Shown here: in pieces, positions 11,401-24,264 of the stretch
Numbering within the stretch: position 1 is the stretch's first letter
Layout: each line of letters starts with the position of its first letter
Assembly (NCBI GenBank): GCA_051530055.1
Contig: CM121342.1
Location: forward strand, 15,887,480 to 15,951,479
DNA: 64,000 nucleotides
Source of the DNA: Neoechinorhynchus agilis
Lineage: Eukaryota; Animalia; Acanthocephala
Direction of reading: 5' to 3'
Translations under genes and position numbers: made by a program
The notes under the pieces: model-generated
Databases searched by the model: none
Told to the model about the DNA's origin: nothing
The model's input: only the letters and a program-made list of their open reading frames with translations

Positions 11401-12888
11401 CATGTATAGCCAAACTTCACCTCGAACTCATCTCGGGCCGCATTAAACTTATTAATTAAACTCCGGTATTCTTCTTCTGTTCACACAAAGGACTAAGAAT
11501 GTCTTAAAGCAACCATGCACGTACCGGCTGATTTCAGTTTCTTTTCCGTTCTATCAATCGCCTTTGTGCTTGCTGAATGAGCAATGCCACTGGCGATACC
11601 ATTCTGCGTCTGTCGACGGTAATCGCTCAAATAGAGCTCGTATTGACCTTTTACCTTTATTATTAAAAAATACCACTATATAAGTTGTTAATAGGTGCAC
11701 AACTCAGATTGCGGATTTGAGAAATTCCGTTCTAATATGATCCAGAGTACATGCTATTTTTATACACATTTAGAAATAAATCAGTTCCATTTTCAGGTCA
11801 CCGAAGTTTTTGAAATGTCTCAGTTGCACCGATGAGGATATTTGGAGCAATAGTGTGAACCGTCGAACTAGTCACATCAATTAACGCTTCTGAATATACA
11901 ATATATATTGTGAAAAAATCGAATACTTCGCATTTTTTCTAGTGTAAAGCACGACGACTTTGTTCAGTTTGATCATCGCTACCACTATGCATTTTTTTAA
12001 GTCAAAGTAAAAAATAATGATGTAAAACAAAGCTACTTATATTCAATCAGACTCTTAAAGAAATTTGTGTCCACCTAAAAAAATACAAAATCGCGATTTG
12101 TTCCATGTGCTAAGTATGCCACCTACTGAAACTAGAATGTTTAAAAATCCTATTCTGCCTCAAAGAAAAAAATTTGTCGTATCGATAAAAATGACATAGC
12201 TCAACATTCGGCCGAATTCCTACCTTGTTTAAACTGTTTAGCGTATTGTTAAGAATGGCGATAAGATCAGCCGTTCTGCTCTCGGATTCCTTGACGCTTC
12301 GTTGTTTATCTTTTTTCTCGGAGTTATAAACGGCCACCCATTCAGCCAAGTTTTGATATTCTTCATTAGTCTTGTCATGTACACTGACAACATCGTCAAT
12401 GAACTTTTTTAGGAGCTGAGTCATTGGGAAGAAGCATGTCGTAGCGTTAAACTTGGTCAATTGACTGGAAAGTCGACCAAAAAGTCGACTACACTGAGAT
12501 TGAATGTTCGCACTAGATTGCTTTGCTGACGACGACATGTTGGGAATATTGGTAAACGAACCTTTCAAGTACGAATTTGTGGAACTCGTCACTTGATTGG
12601 TAACTCTTTTTAAAATTGAGAATCAACTCATCAAATCCTCGGTTCCGTTCGCCCTGTTTTTAAATGAACAAAAGTAACCACGTCAGTTTTTGTGGATCAA
12701 AAAATGTTTCAAGCATCTTATTTCAAAGTAGAGAAAAGGCCGGAGTGTACGTTCATTTTAAAAGAAGAATCCTGCCTTCTTTGGAATGCAGGAAAATCAG
12801 TAAAACGCACAAGTTTACATACCCAAAAATGGTCAATGAATTTGACTGACGGTCGTTGTTGTCCAAACGTCGCTTCAGCTGATGCCAT
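8425..12888 (-). CDS. FCHO: FCHo1/2-like F-BAR domain protein (F-BAR, disordered linker, mu-homology domain), multi-exon
   Basis: The spliced N-terminus FIDHFW|GERNRGFDELI matches FWGEKNHGFEVLY. The F-BAR end FVDSKATGTERPRELRFE matches FAESKGTGREKPGPLDFE. The linker SSSNDSCGHDEPDIGTRLRFTIQP matches the FCHo/SGIP AP2-activating segment. YVLNSMAMQRKLKHK...VVELIKYEIES matches the muHD FWMNMQAV...NVDVLKYQVSS. This joins ORFs 12718, 12110, 10887, 9518 and 8425. Confidence 0.85.
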
Positions 12889-13049
12889 CTTTGATTGCAC
12901 AGAATCTTAAAGCAAACGAGGTATTTAAGCTCGGTCTGTCGCCAGAACGAAATGAGTCATATTAAAGGCGCTGTTGTGAACACTGAGTCACTGACAGCGA
13001 TTAAACGCAAATATGAACATCCCGCAAGGAGAATGTGAATCACGCCGTA

Positions 13050-14094
13050 ATTTTGATCTTCGTCAATATCCTGCATTTTCATCACATTTTTTCGCGCTGT
13101 CAATCCGAGGGAAGGAAGTTAATACCACAACTTCCCCGTTGATTTTTTTTAATCCAAGATCAACCGGCGAATGTTTTATCAGAAAAATCGCTTGACACTT
13201 TATAACAGAACGGCACTGTTCAAATAACTCGACATGCGTCATCCAACTTTCAGGAATCTGTCCTGGAACAGAGTTGAATTTCCGGTATTAGTATGAAAGA
13301 ATTCACTGAAATAAATTACGTCACGCTATTAATCCAAAGGCAATTCAGTTCTGCTTCTGGAAACGTGCTTTTGCGATTGTGCGATTTTTTAGCCATTGGA
13401 ATTTTTGTTTTTCTTTCCGTAAATTCCGATGGATTTTCACGGGAAAGCTTTCTTCCTCCAGAATTTTAGCATCGCAATAAAACGAAGAAATGCCGCGAGC
13501 GACGCTGATTTGATCCTTTCACCATTTAGTAAATCTATGAGCGACTGCTCGCTCGGATGGTGGTAGTATTTGTTAAAGAAAAATAGAAATTATTCAAAAG
13601 GAGGCTATCTTCATATTTAGTGATCGGAATGGGTGAACAACATCACAATAAAAGGTATATTTCCTCTTAAGTGCCGTTTAATCATGCTTAACCGAATAAA
13701 ATAGTGCTCAATTTCAATTGTTCCTTTTCGAGTGACTTTTCCAGCGAAATGGCAGGCAAAAGAACATAGCTTGTCATCTGATTCTTTATTGTACTCTACA
13801 TGAATATTTTAAATCTTATTTACAGAGAGCTACTAATTTTTCTAGGTCCACGAAAACCTGCGAAATCTTAGACACTCTGACATGCCGATATTCATGTGAG
13901 AGAGTGTCTGATTTGCTTGATGAGCAATCTATTTTTGAACGAATCGCATTTAACTGAAAAAGTTCTGCTACCAAGTTTAGGAGATATCTTGAACGTTGCA
14001 TGCTCGCATCAAGTAGATTCAGGTTAGCTACTTCAGAGAAATCCGCTAAAATATTAGAAGATTCTGCTTTAAATGCGTTTTGAAAATTTTGCAT
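13050..14094 (-). CDS. Uncharacterised multi-exon coiled-coil protein (weak HAUS2/augmin-like resemblance)
   Basis: ATG at 14094 starts a 92-aa exon, followed by GT-AG-bounded in-frame segments (STIKNQMTSYVLLPAISLEKSLEKEQLKLSTILF). The 3' end is uncertain. Confidence 0.3.
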
Positions 14095-14180
14095 CGAAAC
14101 CTAAATGGCTACGTGTTCATTTTGAGCTAATTTGCACAATAGTGGACGTTTAGTTTTCAGATTAAACCTTACCTAATCTA

Positions 14181-16476
14181 ATGGATAGTCTTGAATTGGA
14201 GCCAAAAATCGATGATGTGCAACAGGAGAATTTAAACGGTTATTTGAGTGCCGTTGTTTTAACTACCCTATTCGCTTATGATTTTAGTGTCGATGTCAGT
14301 GATTGAAGCTCGGCAAGCGCATGGACTTAGACACGATGATTTTCAAAGATACCGGTTCGGAATACTTTTGTTTAGCTAATATTCGTGATTGTAACAGAAA
14401 ATACTGCTCCCGTCGTTTGCGGAATCTAAGACAGAACTTAAAAATGACGAATATTCATACAAATAAGAAGTTTTCCAAGCCTGAATTGGAAGCAGAACGC
14501 CCGAGCACTTCTTCCATCAAGGTTTTACTAATATTCTTAATGGAAGCAGAGAGGGCGTGGTCATTCGCAATGCAACTGAAACAAGAATTACAGTCACCTA
14601 ATGCCAGTAGTCGGCTAAAACATCGATCCAATAGACGACTTAAGAAAGCCGTAGAAAACGCTGAAAATCTAGAGAAAATAAGCAACTCATTGAAGTGCAC
14701 CGTGAAGACCAAACTAGAATGCCAAGCTTATCATTCGTGGATACATGGAGCGCTACTATAGTATTCGTTCTTGTTATTAATACCATGGGCAGAGTGAGGC
14801 TCAACACCAAGAATTTTTCTCCTTTTGGAGAAAGCTTTACCGCCATTTTTATATTAGCGAAGTGACAAGCATCTTTAAAGCAACGTTCAATGTCGTCTTC
14901 GCAAAATTATTTCACATTTGATTACCGCAAAAAATTAATTGTTTTGTCCTTTATTCTCAAAACTATAAATTCCTCATGTAATTTCTTCTTTTGACAAGAA
15001 TGCGATGCGTTATTCGACAATGCCGATTGGTCTTTGTGCCTTGAATCACTCAACAAAGCCAAGTAAATTATTGATTATTAATTTTTATCTTAAATAACTC
15101 CTTAGGCATATATATGAAAAGCTTTCTAGTATATATCGAAGTGAAGCGGACATCTACGATAGCCTTATATCTCCATTCACAGCAAATATTCGATATTGCG
15201 CTTATCAGACAAGCGAGTCTCAAAGTCAGAACCTAGACGAGCTTCTAAAATTCGCCAGTGGCAACGATACTACTGCTCAAATGATAGAAGCTTTAATAGA
15301 AGCTCAGGCTGAGAAAATGGAAGAGCACGGACGATCTGGACATGAAATTCAATGGATGTCGACGACTATTCCTATTCGAAACAGTAAAGTTCGAATGGCA
15401 GTGATGAAAATCGTAGAAGTGGAGAATGTGTGCGTTGGAAATCAAAAATCGGACAGAGAAACTGCCTTTAAAATGGTTGAAGGCGCCATTAAGGTGATCG
15501 TGAACGCCATTCAGATTCTAAAAGATGATCTTAAACGAGATCATGATTATCAATGTTATACGCGTCAGACTTATACTGATTTCCACTGGCGAAAGATCTC
15601 GCAGTCCAATCCCAACCTTGCAGCTTTCTTTTATCTCCGGTTCATGAGACTGCGAATGTCGATTGAACGCCTCTTATTTGTATGTGAAGATCGTTTAAGT
15701 GCTGTTGAATGCCCCGAACAAAAGGTGATGTCCAGTCGGCGTGCTCAGGATGTTGCGAACGTCTATGGACACGCTATTCAGTATTGTGGAGAGATTTTAG
15801 AATTACCTCCAGTTAAACAAAACGAGGCGCTTTATATCTCTTCAAAAATGACGTTAGAAGGACTTCAGGCTTTGAGGTATCTGTCGGAATACTCCTTTTG
15901 TACTTATCTTACCCTTGTAGGCTATTGATTCTTACCAATTGGTTACAAGACGATGACTGCGAAAAATCGCTGGCACTGTTTAATCAATCAAAATCACTCT
16001 TGAAAAATGCAATTGATTACTTTTCAAACCAGTCTGTTAGTGTATTTATTCGGTTGTTTATGTTCGACACTAATTCCTAAAAGGTTACTCGAGTGATCAC
16101 AATCTTCGACTTTGTTTCCTCTTTAAAAGACGGATTACGTCAAGCTGAGAAGGGGGTCGTGCTTGTTGCAATAAGTGTAAACGTACATTGTTCTGAGAAG
16201 GTAAATCGAATTAGCCAAACAGATTCAATTACAAAGTCAGTGGATTGTCTTGCTGAGACAGTTCGCGTGAAGACGACAGGAGTCGATCAGGATAAATTAT
16301 CTAGAGGTCTACTTCCTGATTTCACTTGTATTCCATTTAAGCCTCTTCTATTTGATCTTGCACTCGACGAAATTCGAATTCCGTCTCCGCCGACCGTTAG
16401 ACCAGATAAAAAAGAAGAGGAAGGTGGAGGACTTTTGAGTGGCCTGGTTAAGAATCTTTGGTGGGGTAAGAAATAA
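14181..16476 (+). CDS. SRP68: Signal recognition particle subunit SRP68, multi-exon
   Basis: Motifs QAHGLRHDDFQRYR, YCSRRLR, LMEAERAWSFAMQLKQE, KTKLECQAY and the C-terminal CIPFKPLLFDLAL...GLLSGLVKNLWWGKK. Confidence 0.95.
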
Positions 16477-16668
16477 ACGGGAAACGAATAAACTTCGATC
16501 TTGATGTATTTATGAGTAATGCAATTACAAAGTGTGCTCAAATCTCAACTAAAACGAACTGTACGTACGATTGATATTTGAATGATTACAATCCCAAACA
16601 GCATCCCAAATAATCAAAATTTTGAAACAATATAAACAAATAAGTTATATATTTTCCCTTCGATTTCT

Positions 16669-17238
16669 TTATCGCTTCCAGAAATTTGAATAAAGCACTA
16701 GGCATGTAGTCAAAATTCCCAAAGCTGCGAATATCCCGATTCCGATTATAATCATATCTCGTGTTCGCAACCGTCGTCTTGGAGTCAGAACACGTCGAAG
16801 AGCTATCATTGCAATACGGACTCTTTTTAAAAACGAAGATAGATATCCTGTACTGTTTGTCACTGAACTGGTATTCTCAGAAAAGTCATCAAATATCTCT
16901 TCCCACCAACCAGCGTTTTCTGGACTCTCTTCTCCTCCTGTCCGAATAAATATCGATATTTATCATCGTTCCCATCCCCACCCGGTTAGCGATAATCATT
17001 CTGCCATGTTTAGATTCCTAAACACTTCCCTCTCTAAGTGAACATCGATCGGTTCGGCTTGATCCGAGTCGTCGTCCAACATACGCTGGTTTTGTCTTCG
17101 TAGAATGCGGAGGATTTCTTGAATATCTATGACCTGATTCGTAATATGTTCTTGATTATGCCATGCTCTTGTCTCTAAACTAGAACCATCACTTACTTGA
17201 TCTGATACCATTCTCTTTAGATCCCAAACGATATTCAT
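16669..17238 (-). CDS. Small putative tail-anchored membrane protein
   Basis: A basic stretch RRVLTPRRRLRTRD precedes a C-terminal hydrophobic helix MIIIGIGIFAALGILTTCLVLY and a short tail SNFWKR. The junction to the upstream 80-aa ORF is unresolved. Confidence 0.35.
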
Positions 17239-17557
17239 TGAGATTTAACGGTGTCGTAATTAGTGCTAAAAAATTTCAACTGCGGTTCGCGAATAGGCTC
17301 TTGAGAACCTGCGAAATTTACGTTCTTTGAATGCGTGTGAGACTGAACTGTAAAGATTAGTCATTTTTGCGCTAAAGTTGAACAAAAACAATTCTTGTTG
17401 ATACAAGCTAGTCACAGAGAATAAAGACTATATCGACAAATAACGAATTTGTCTATTGGTAAGTAAGCTTTCCCTGTAAATGTTACAAAAACTACTGAAA
17501 AGCGCTTTATTTGCTTTTGCTATGTCTCTTCAACTTCATAGACGTGATCTTACTACT

Positions 17558-18878
17558 TTAAAATGAGTGACACTCTTTATAGTAGTCAAGATAAACGACG
17601 TCGCTGAGATTCTTAAACATAACATCGGCCGAACAGCGATCATATCCACAAATGTCCATCGTTGCGTCGATTTCATTTCTTTGGATATTCAAGTCCTCAT
17701 CCTCATTTCCGGGGAAAAAATAGAATTTAAAGAAATAAGTTCCATCTTTAGATCGGTGAAGTTCCATTCGCAAAAAGGCGCAATATTCTAATTTTCTGTA
17801 CTTGATTGCTTTACTTCCAAGAAGATATAATAACGACTTTATTGAAATGTCATGGGCGGCAAAAAAGATGAACTTTTCCATTTTTGTTTTTAGTGAACGC
17901 TTGAAAAGCTTCAAGATGTACTGTAATTGTGAGCCGATTCGTAGCTTTAGCATTTCACGATCTTTTAAAAACTGTTCACAGGAAACCTTGTTGACGAATT
18001 GCAAAACATCTCTTATGGTTTGGTTAGCCCAAGGACGGGATATATTATTACCGAGCTCTTTGGTAAATTCTAGTAAATGGCATTTTGAAAGAAAATGCGG
18101 AAAAAACAAAGCTAGCCGTAAATGGGATCGTCGTTAAGTTGTAAATTAAAAAATTCAGTCATAAACTTTTTTATGAGGTTCATTTGTTCGATTTTAATCA
18201 ACTCACATGAAACGTAATACAATGCTGCATGGAAAAAACATTCGAAACTACTGGTATTGTGTCTTGTTGGCTGTATATTTAATTTGCCATTTAGCAAGAA
18301 TTCTACCAGATGCTCAACATATCTTCTAGATCGTATAAAACCTCCATAGTTATTGATTTGTTCACTTTTCGACCCAAAAGATCAAGGACATTAAGTACGG
18401 TGTGGTTCAGAATCCCATCTTCGGCAAACGTTTCTTGGTCTAAAGCATCTCTGAATTTGTTGTATGCAGGGCATTTGAGGCTCCAATTTACGCCACAATC
18501 AAACTCGAAGGTGGAATAAGGTACATTTTGATTGAACTCGAATAATGAAGACATTACAGCTTTAGTTGTTTCTATTGTTCTTGAAAAGTTTGTAGAAAAC
18601 ACACTGACTTGCTTTGGTTCATAGTGACCACACAGGAATTGGGTTTTGACATATAGTTTTCTCAGGTATTCCCCCACTTGATAAGCCTGCTTAACTCCAA
18701 TCTCCGTTAAACGTCCAATTTTGCTCTTGTTGTCAACGTTGAAGTTTCCATCATCTTCGTCCGGAACGTGCATTAGCGGATGTCTTGCTGCATGCCTACA
18801 TATAACCTGAGATAAGATGAGTTCGAATCGCTGAACTTCAACAAGTAAGGCAAAGGTTATCAAAACGAGCATATTCAT
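17558..18878 (-). CDS. Histidine acid phosphatase (branch 2, lysosomal/prostatic ACP-like), secreted
   Basis: Signal peptide, RHAARHP (RHGxRxP), GRLTEIGVKQAYQVGEYLRKLY, STNFSRTIET, FFAAHDISI (HD motif) and FLRMELH; two main exons. Confidence 0.9.
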
Positions 18879-19067
18879 ATTGTGAACTCGTGTCTTCGTT
18901 AGAGATCAATTATACTTCAGTTGTTGTACAAAACATAACATTGAATTGATCAAACACTTTGAAAGATACAAAACAATTCAGCTTTACATGTATAAGCACG
19001 TAATTTTTTAAGAAGCTTTAATCAGAATACGAAAACATTACAAGTATATAGTTGTTGGTGCTGCCTG

Positions 19068-20310
19068 ATGCCCGTTTTCTTTAATATTGTTCTGGACTCC
19101 TCCTCAGAACATTTTCAACCATCATCACCCATCACACGACAACCGGACGACGTTGAATTCAATGATGATGACGCAACAGCTTTACAACAACACGCCGAGG
19201 TATCGAACCTCCAGGCTACCTCTTCTCTGAAAGGTTTTTGTTTGGAGTGTGGTGGTTCTTATTGCCTCAACAAATCCGGGTTAGTTCGCATGCACGGTCC
19301 CTTCAGATCCCGCTGTTCTGGTTCCTCCCGCCCCAAGGTCTGTCATCTCGGACCCACTACCTCATCGGAATGCCCCAGTGCCTCAGGTCATTTCCACGCC
19401 ATTCCCTGACATCTTGCGCGTTCTGCCCAGGAACATCCTGAAACGGATCCCAAAGAGCGCTCGGTATCAGATGACGAAGTCATTTAGAGCTTTGCTTAGG
19501 GATTGCTTAGAGAACAGGTCTTCCGTTGCATGGACACGTTTCTTCGCTTTTCCCAGGCTGGTTCTTCGCGCTGGTGACAGTTCTAAGGGATCGTTGGTCA
19601 GTTCAATTAAAGAAAGAGTCGCTTTCTTCGATCAACTCTTTTCAGACGCAATTCGAGCTACCTATCGCGGGCCTACAGAACACCCTACACACGGTAATTT
19701 TCCGGTCAAGTCCATAGGGGAACGCGCATTCTCGAAAATTGCGGATGGTGATATCCGAGGAGCTGTTCGCATCCTTTCCTCCTCGGAAGTATTTGCCCAG
19801 GTTAATGAGGAAACTCTCGAAACCCTGAACCAAAAACATCCTCCATCGGAAGCACCAAAACTTCGAACTTTCGCAATCGCTGCCTCGAAGTCTCTCTGCT
19901 CTGTAAAGGAACCCAATTCGGCGATATCCTCCTTTGCTAGTAGATCCGGTCATGGGCTAGACGGGCTTAGGCCTCAACACCTCAAGGACATGTTGTCTTT
20001 CTCCGTGGGTGAAGCCGCTCAGAGATTTCGAATAGATTGGCCAGCCTCGTTGATCAGTTCGTTGGTGACGAATTGCCTCCCGTCGCAATTCAATTGTTTT
20101 TCAGTCCTTCACCCTGTGCCCTTAAAAAGATAGACCATGGCATTCGTCCCATCACTATAGGATCGACACTTCGGCGTCTTGCAGCAAAGATTCTTTGCAA
20201 ACGTCTTGCAGTGGATCTCGGCGAACTTTTCCGCCCGGTTCAACCGGGTTGCTGTACGCCTTGAGGAGCCGAAGCTGTCGTGCACGCACTTCGCTATTTT
20301 GTCACAAACG
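19068..20310 (+). mobile_element. CRE-clade non-LTR retrotransposon, 5' part, frameshifted
   Basis: CLECGG...GLVRMHGP..SRCSGS knuckle, then LKRIPKSAR, KIADGDIRGAVRIL, GLDGLRPQHLKDML, ALKK..GIRPITIGSTLRRLAAK and GAEAVVHALR, spread over three frames. Confidence 0.85.
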
Positions 20311-20314
20311 ATAT

Positions 20315-21075
20315 AGCTCGAACTTGAATTGCCTCAATAACGAACTCGATAGATTATGGAATATCTTTAAAAGTGGTGGCTATCCGAAGAAATTAATGTT
20401 AAGAACATTGAAAGATACTCAACAAATGATCGGAAGGGAACCTATAAAAAATCGGGATATCGGATCTTCAACGAATGCAGACACGATATATAGAAATTCC
20501 TTACATAAATGATAGGTGGAATTCCAATATAGAAACATTGATCAAGCAACTCGATATGAAGAAGGAATGTATTATGTATTCCAAAAGGGGACAAACACTA
20601 TATAATTTGTTATAACCTAAAAGAGTGGACAATATAAACGAGTGCGTCTATAGGATCCCCTGCATGGACTGTGATCAATCGTATGTAGGACAAACGAACA
20701 ATATAAAGAGACGGCTCAACGAACATCGCAGAACTGTGTCCAGAAAAATGGATACAAGCTTTGCGATTGTACACCGCGTGATTGAAAATGATCATCAGAT
20801 CAATTTTGGTGCCACTGAGATTCTAGCAAAATGTAACAACCGTAGAGACAGAACAACGATGGAGGCCATTTTAATACAAACAACGCGTACATTTACGCAC
20901 AATAAGGCGGATTACAAACTCCACCTGCGCCTTCCACCTGATATACGTCCTAAAGGACAAATGTTTGTAAAATGACGTGTTTTAGATATCTGAACAAGGC
21001 CCACGCTCAGGCCGAAAATTAATTAAATTAATCTTTAATTCATTAATTGCGCAATATTTTTTAGTTTTAAACAAA
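20315..21075 (+). mobile_element. Penelope-like element, 5'-truncated (RT thumb end, GIY-YIG endonuclease, pseudo-LTR)
   Basis: NELDRLWNIFKSGGYPKKLM, then CVYRIPCMDCDQSYVGQTNNIKRRLNEHRR (GIY-YIG with CxxC) and EAILIQ, stop at 20975, with a hammerhead-like motif about 13 nt later. Confidence 0.85.
20988..21023 (+). ncRNA. Minimal hammerhead motif, G8>C (probably inactive)
   Basis: AT CTGAACA A GGCC-CACGCTCA-GGCC GAAA ATT A AT, directly after the PLE ORF. Confidence 0.55.
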
Positions 21076-21278
21076 AGTGGAGAATTAATCAAATACACTA
21101 CAAGACTTGCTAGAAACAAACCAATTCCTACATTTCAGGAGTGCCGATAACAAAAAGTCACAAACGTCCTGTCCATTTTATACAATCATCGATTTATTCC
21201 CAAAGCTCTACAATTCGACGAATTTTCTTGCGCTTCGTCTTATTTCACATTACAACTCAAATACAGATACTTTCAATA

Positions 21279-23132
21279 TCATATTCCGGGCATCGAACAC
21301 ACAAACTCCGGATGTTCTTTTACACCGGCGTTGTATTTGGTGATCCAAGATTTTAACATTTGTTTAAACTCTGAACGCTGAACATTTCTTCGGAGCTTGA
21401 AATAACGCTGGCCACTTCTAAGTTCTATCATATAAATCCAACCATCAAAATCGCGCAAAATTATTTCAGCGATGTCTGCAAATGCAGCATGCGATAGACG
21501 CTGATTGTGGAATATTGCTTGATTCTGAATATGTTCATAATTTAAAACACGGGCACTCTTCTTCTCGAACGATTCATGAATACTCATGGCAACTGAAGGA
21601 AGCTCCTTCTTCAATTTCATCAACTGATATTGTTCAGTTTCTTTCCAAGATTCCACAACTTTCCTTTTGGATTCACGATATCCAACGATTTTGATCACAT
21701 CTTCAGGAATATCGGAACTGATCGGAGTAGACGATCGTGGAACAGAGCACTCCCTACTTATTTTCTCAATCGTTTCACGTGTCTTCATTGAGCTAATCGC
21801 CTTGGCAAGTTCGAATAGCTTGGTTCCATTGGATACAATCTCGTGGTCTTGGATTTCCGGCATTTGCGCCTGTTCAGGAAACGGAATGTCACTCAGCACA
21901 AACTCCGGGTGCCACCTTTTTACTTCAACTGACCGATCACAAATGCCTCGCTTCTCAAGAAAGAGCCCATGGAGTTTTTTTGCTTCTCGCAGCAAAAGCT
22001 CATGAAATATGTCTGCTCTTCGGGCCAAAAATCCAGGAGCAAATGCGTTGTCAGCGTTTCGAAGAAGCGTTTCTAATCGATCGTCACCCCATCCACGATC
22101 TGGATCCTCTGAAGTTCCCAATAAGCGCAATTTGGTTTCAAAATAGTCTCTTGTTCCGTCGAATCCGAATGTTAAGGTTAGATGATGTCGTTTTCCATCA
22201 GATGTAACAGAATCTCCTTCGATACTTTTTTCGTTGTTATCTACTCGCTTCAATCCATATTGATACGCATGTGCAAAAAGTCTTCGGATCATGGCCAAAT
22301 GTGATAGCCGAAGACGAATACGTGGACTCATACGTCCAACAGCTTGTTGAATTTCCTTAAAAGGAACTTCACGATGACGTACATATTGAAAACTAAGTAT
22401 AGCGTCAATTCGTTTAAACATCGTGAGTAATAGAGCAAAAGTACAGGGTAATGGGAGCTCTACAGATGATGCCGGGTGTTTATTAAGCTTTGGTACACTT
22501 TTTTTCCTGACCAAATCTGCATACTGTTCATACGCCTTCTTTGGTTGATTGCATTGGTCATCTTGACGGTCTAAATTATTATATCGTGCAATCAGCTGAC
22601 TTTTCAACAGGTTGAAATCTTCACTGCTCACAACGCTGACCTTCGACAACAGCTTACTGGATACCTTACTAGTCTTTTTAACAGGGGGATTTTGGCCAGA
22701 TTCGTCATCGGCAGTACTACGAAGAGAAAGCGGCCTTTTCTTTGACTGAAAGTCTTTGTTGAGCAACTGTTCTGAACGTGCACGTTCCTTACATGGATCC
22801 TCGGGACGATATATTATTATTCGCTTTTCGCACCGATCGGTAGATTCATCCACCGATGGATACAATGCATCCTTTGGGGAAGCATCACTTTCAAGGCGAC
22901 TCTTGACAACGTCAATCTCTTTGCATATTTCATGTTCAACAAGCTTTTCCGGCGAATCTGGTGCCATTTTTTCTTGCACTCGACGTCGACGTATTCCTGC
23001 GAAGCGATCTAGCATTTCCTTAGGAGAAAAGGCTGAAGCTTCTACTTTACGTCGACGTTGCTGTCGTTCCCGTCGCTTCTGCTGCTGACCGTTCAATCCG
23101 GTTGAGGCGCCAGTATTCCGCATTCGTGGCAT
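21279..23132 (-). CDS. CDT1: DNA replication licensing factor Cdt1
   Basis: 617-aa ORF with LPLPCTFALLLTMFKRIDAIL (geminin-binding winged helix), RRADIFHELL...KRWHPEFVLSDIP, and the C-terminal winged helix ELPSVAMSIHESF...DGWIY. Confidence 0.92.
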   Translation of the reverse strand: MPRMRNTGASTGLNGQQQKRRERQQRRRKVEASAFSPKEMLDRFAGIRRRRVQEKMAPDSPEKLVEHEICKEIDVVKSRLESDASPKDALYPSVDESTDRCEKRIIIYRPEDPCKERARSEQLLNKDFQSKKRPLSLRSTADDESGQNPPVKKTSKVSSKLLSKVSVVSSEDFNLLKSQLIARYNNLDRQDDQCNQPKKAYEQYADLVRKKSVPKLNKHPASSVELPLPCTFALLLTMFKRIDAILSFQYVRHREVPFKEIQQAVGRMSPRIRLRLSHLAMIRRLFAHAYQYGLKRVDNNEKSIEGDSVTSDGKRHHLTLTFGFDGTRDYFETKLRLLGTSEDPDRGWGDDRLETLLRNADNAFAPGFLARRADIFHELLLREAKKLHGLFLEKRGICDRSVEVKRWHPEFVLSDIPFPEQAQMPEIQDHEIVSNGTKLFELAKAISSMKTRETIEKISRECSVPRSSTPISSDIPEDVIKIVGYRESKRKVVESWKETEQYQLMKLKKELPSVAMSIHESFEKKSARVLNYEHIQNQAIFHNQRLSHAAFADIAEIILRDFDGWIYMIELRSGQRYFKLRRNVQRSEFKQMLKSWITKYNAGVKEHPEFVCSMPGI

Positions 23133-24264
23133 TTCGATCTGTAAAAAGTAGTTAAATCTTTTTTAAATAACAGAGAGCAAATCGCTGATTAAGTATAAAA
23201 TAAGGATAAAGAATTTGTTTTGAACATTTCGACAAACTCCCTAATTTCGTCACTAGAGCATGCATGTACTCTAGAAATAAGAAATGCACTTGTAATATGA
23301 AACTTCGTGAGAGCGTCAAACATTTGTACGCTGAAACGTCCTTCAATTTTTTTCGAAGATGCGATAAGAACAAGGATATAAAAAAGCGTTTTTTGAAAAC
23401 ATAAAAATCTAGGTTAACTCGCACTCTTAAACGCACTTCCAGCTTATCGAAATATATACGGTCAGAATCAAAGAATGAAGCTAATAAGTAATGGTAAAAT
23501 AAAAGTAGTGCAACAAATTCGTCATGTGAACGAACAATTCCATAGGCATAACACGTGGAGATGGTAACGTGATCGGGAAGCAACTGATCGCAAATTTAAT
23601 GCCTTCCATTTATGCGTTAAACAGAGTCGCGTCCAGTACAAGGCAACTGCATAAACTTTGCGCGTACGTCGCCGCGTTAGGACACGCGCAAGAGCTTCCA
23701 GGGAAACACGGAAAGGGAACCAATTAAGGTCTAGCGAATCCACCACTTTCTGATACATGCTGCCGGGTAGCACTGACGAAATTTATGAGGTAATTTGCGG
23801 CGCTGTATGACGGAAAGACGTGACGTCTTCGCTAATTCGCACAAATCTTTGATCGAAAAAAATATAGTCACATTGAAGAAACTTAAGCAAGAAATGTTTT
23901 CAACGTTCAATTATCAAATTATAGTCATTAGGTATTTGTCAGAATCGATTGTAATTTAAAAAAGCGATTTTTGTAACTTTACTCCGTATGCCGATAAAAT
24001 CTCGGTTTTTCAATCGAATTAAAGAAAGTCAATGTATTTCAGTCCATCAAAAGTTAGTCTGTAACGGCAATAATAAAGAAGTCCGATTACAAAAATCTTT
24101 AAACTATGCTTACGTTCACTTACCTAAGTATCGCGAATTATAGTTGTGATAATTGATCGTAGTTTAACTAAGCGTTTTTGTTACATTATTTCTGATGCAG
24201 ATCAAATCACGTTCTTGAATATAATTAAAGACAAATCAATACATTGTCATTAAATAAACCATTT

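Noticed and set aside
21107-23773. Plus-strand ORFs over Cdt1 and short ORFs upstream
   Set aside because: Antisense shadows of a real CDS, or unsupported frames.
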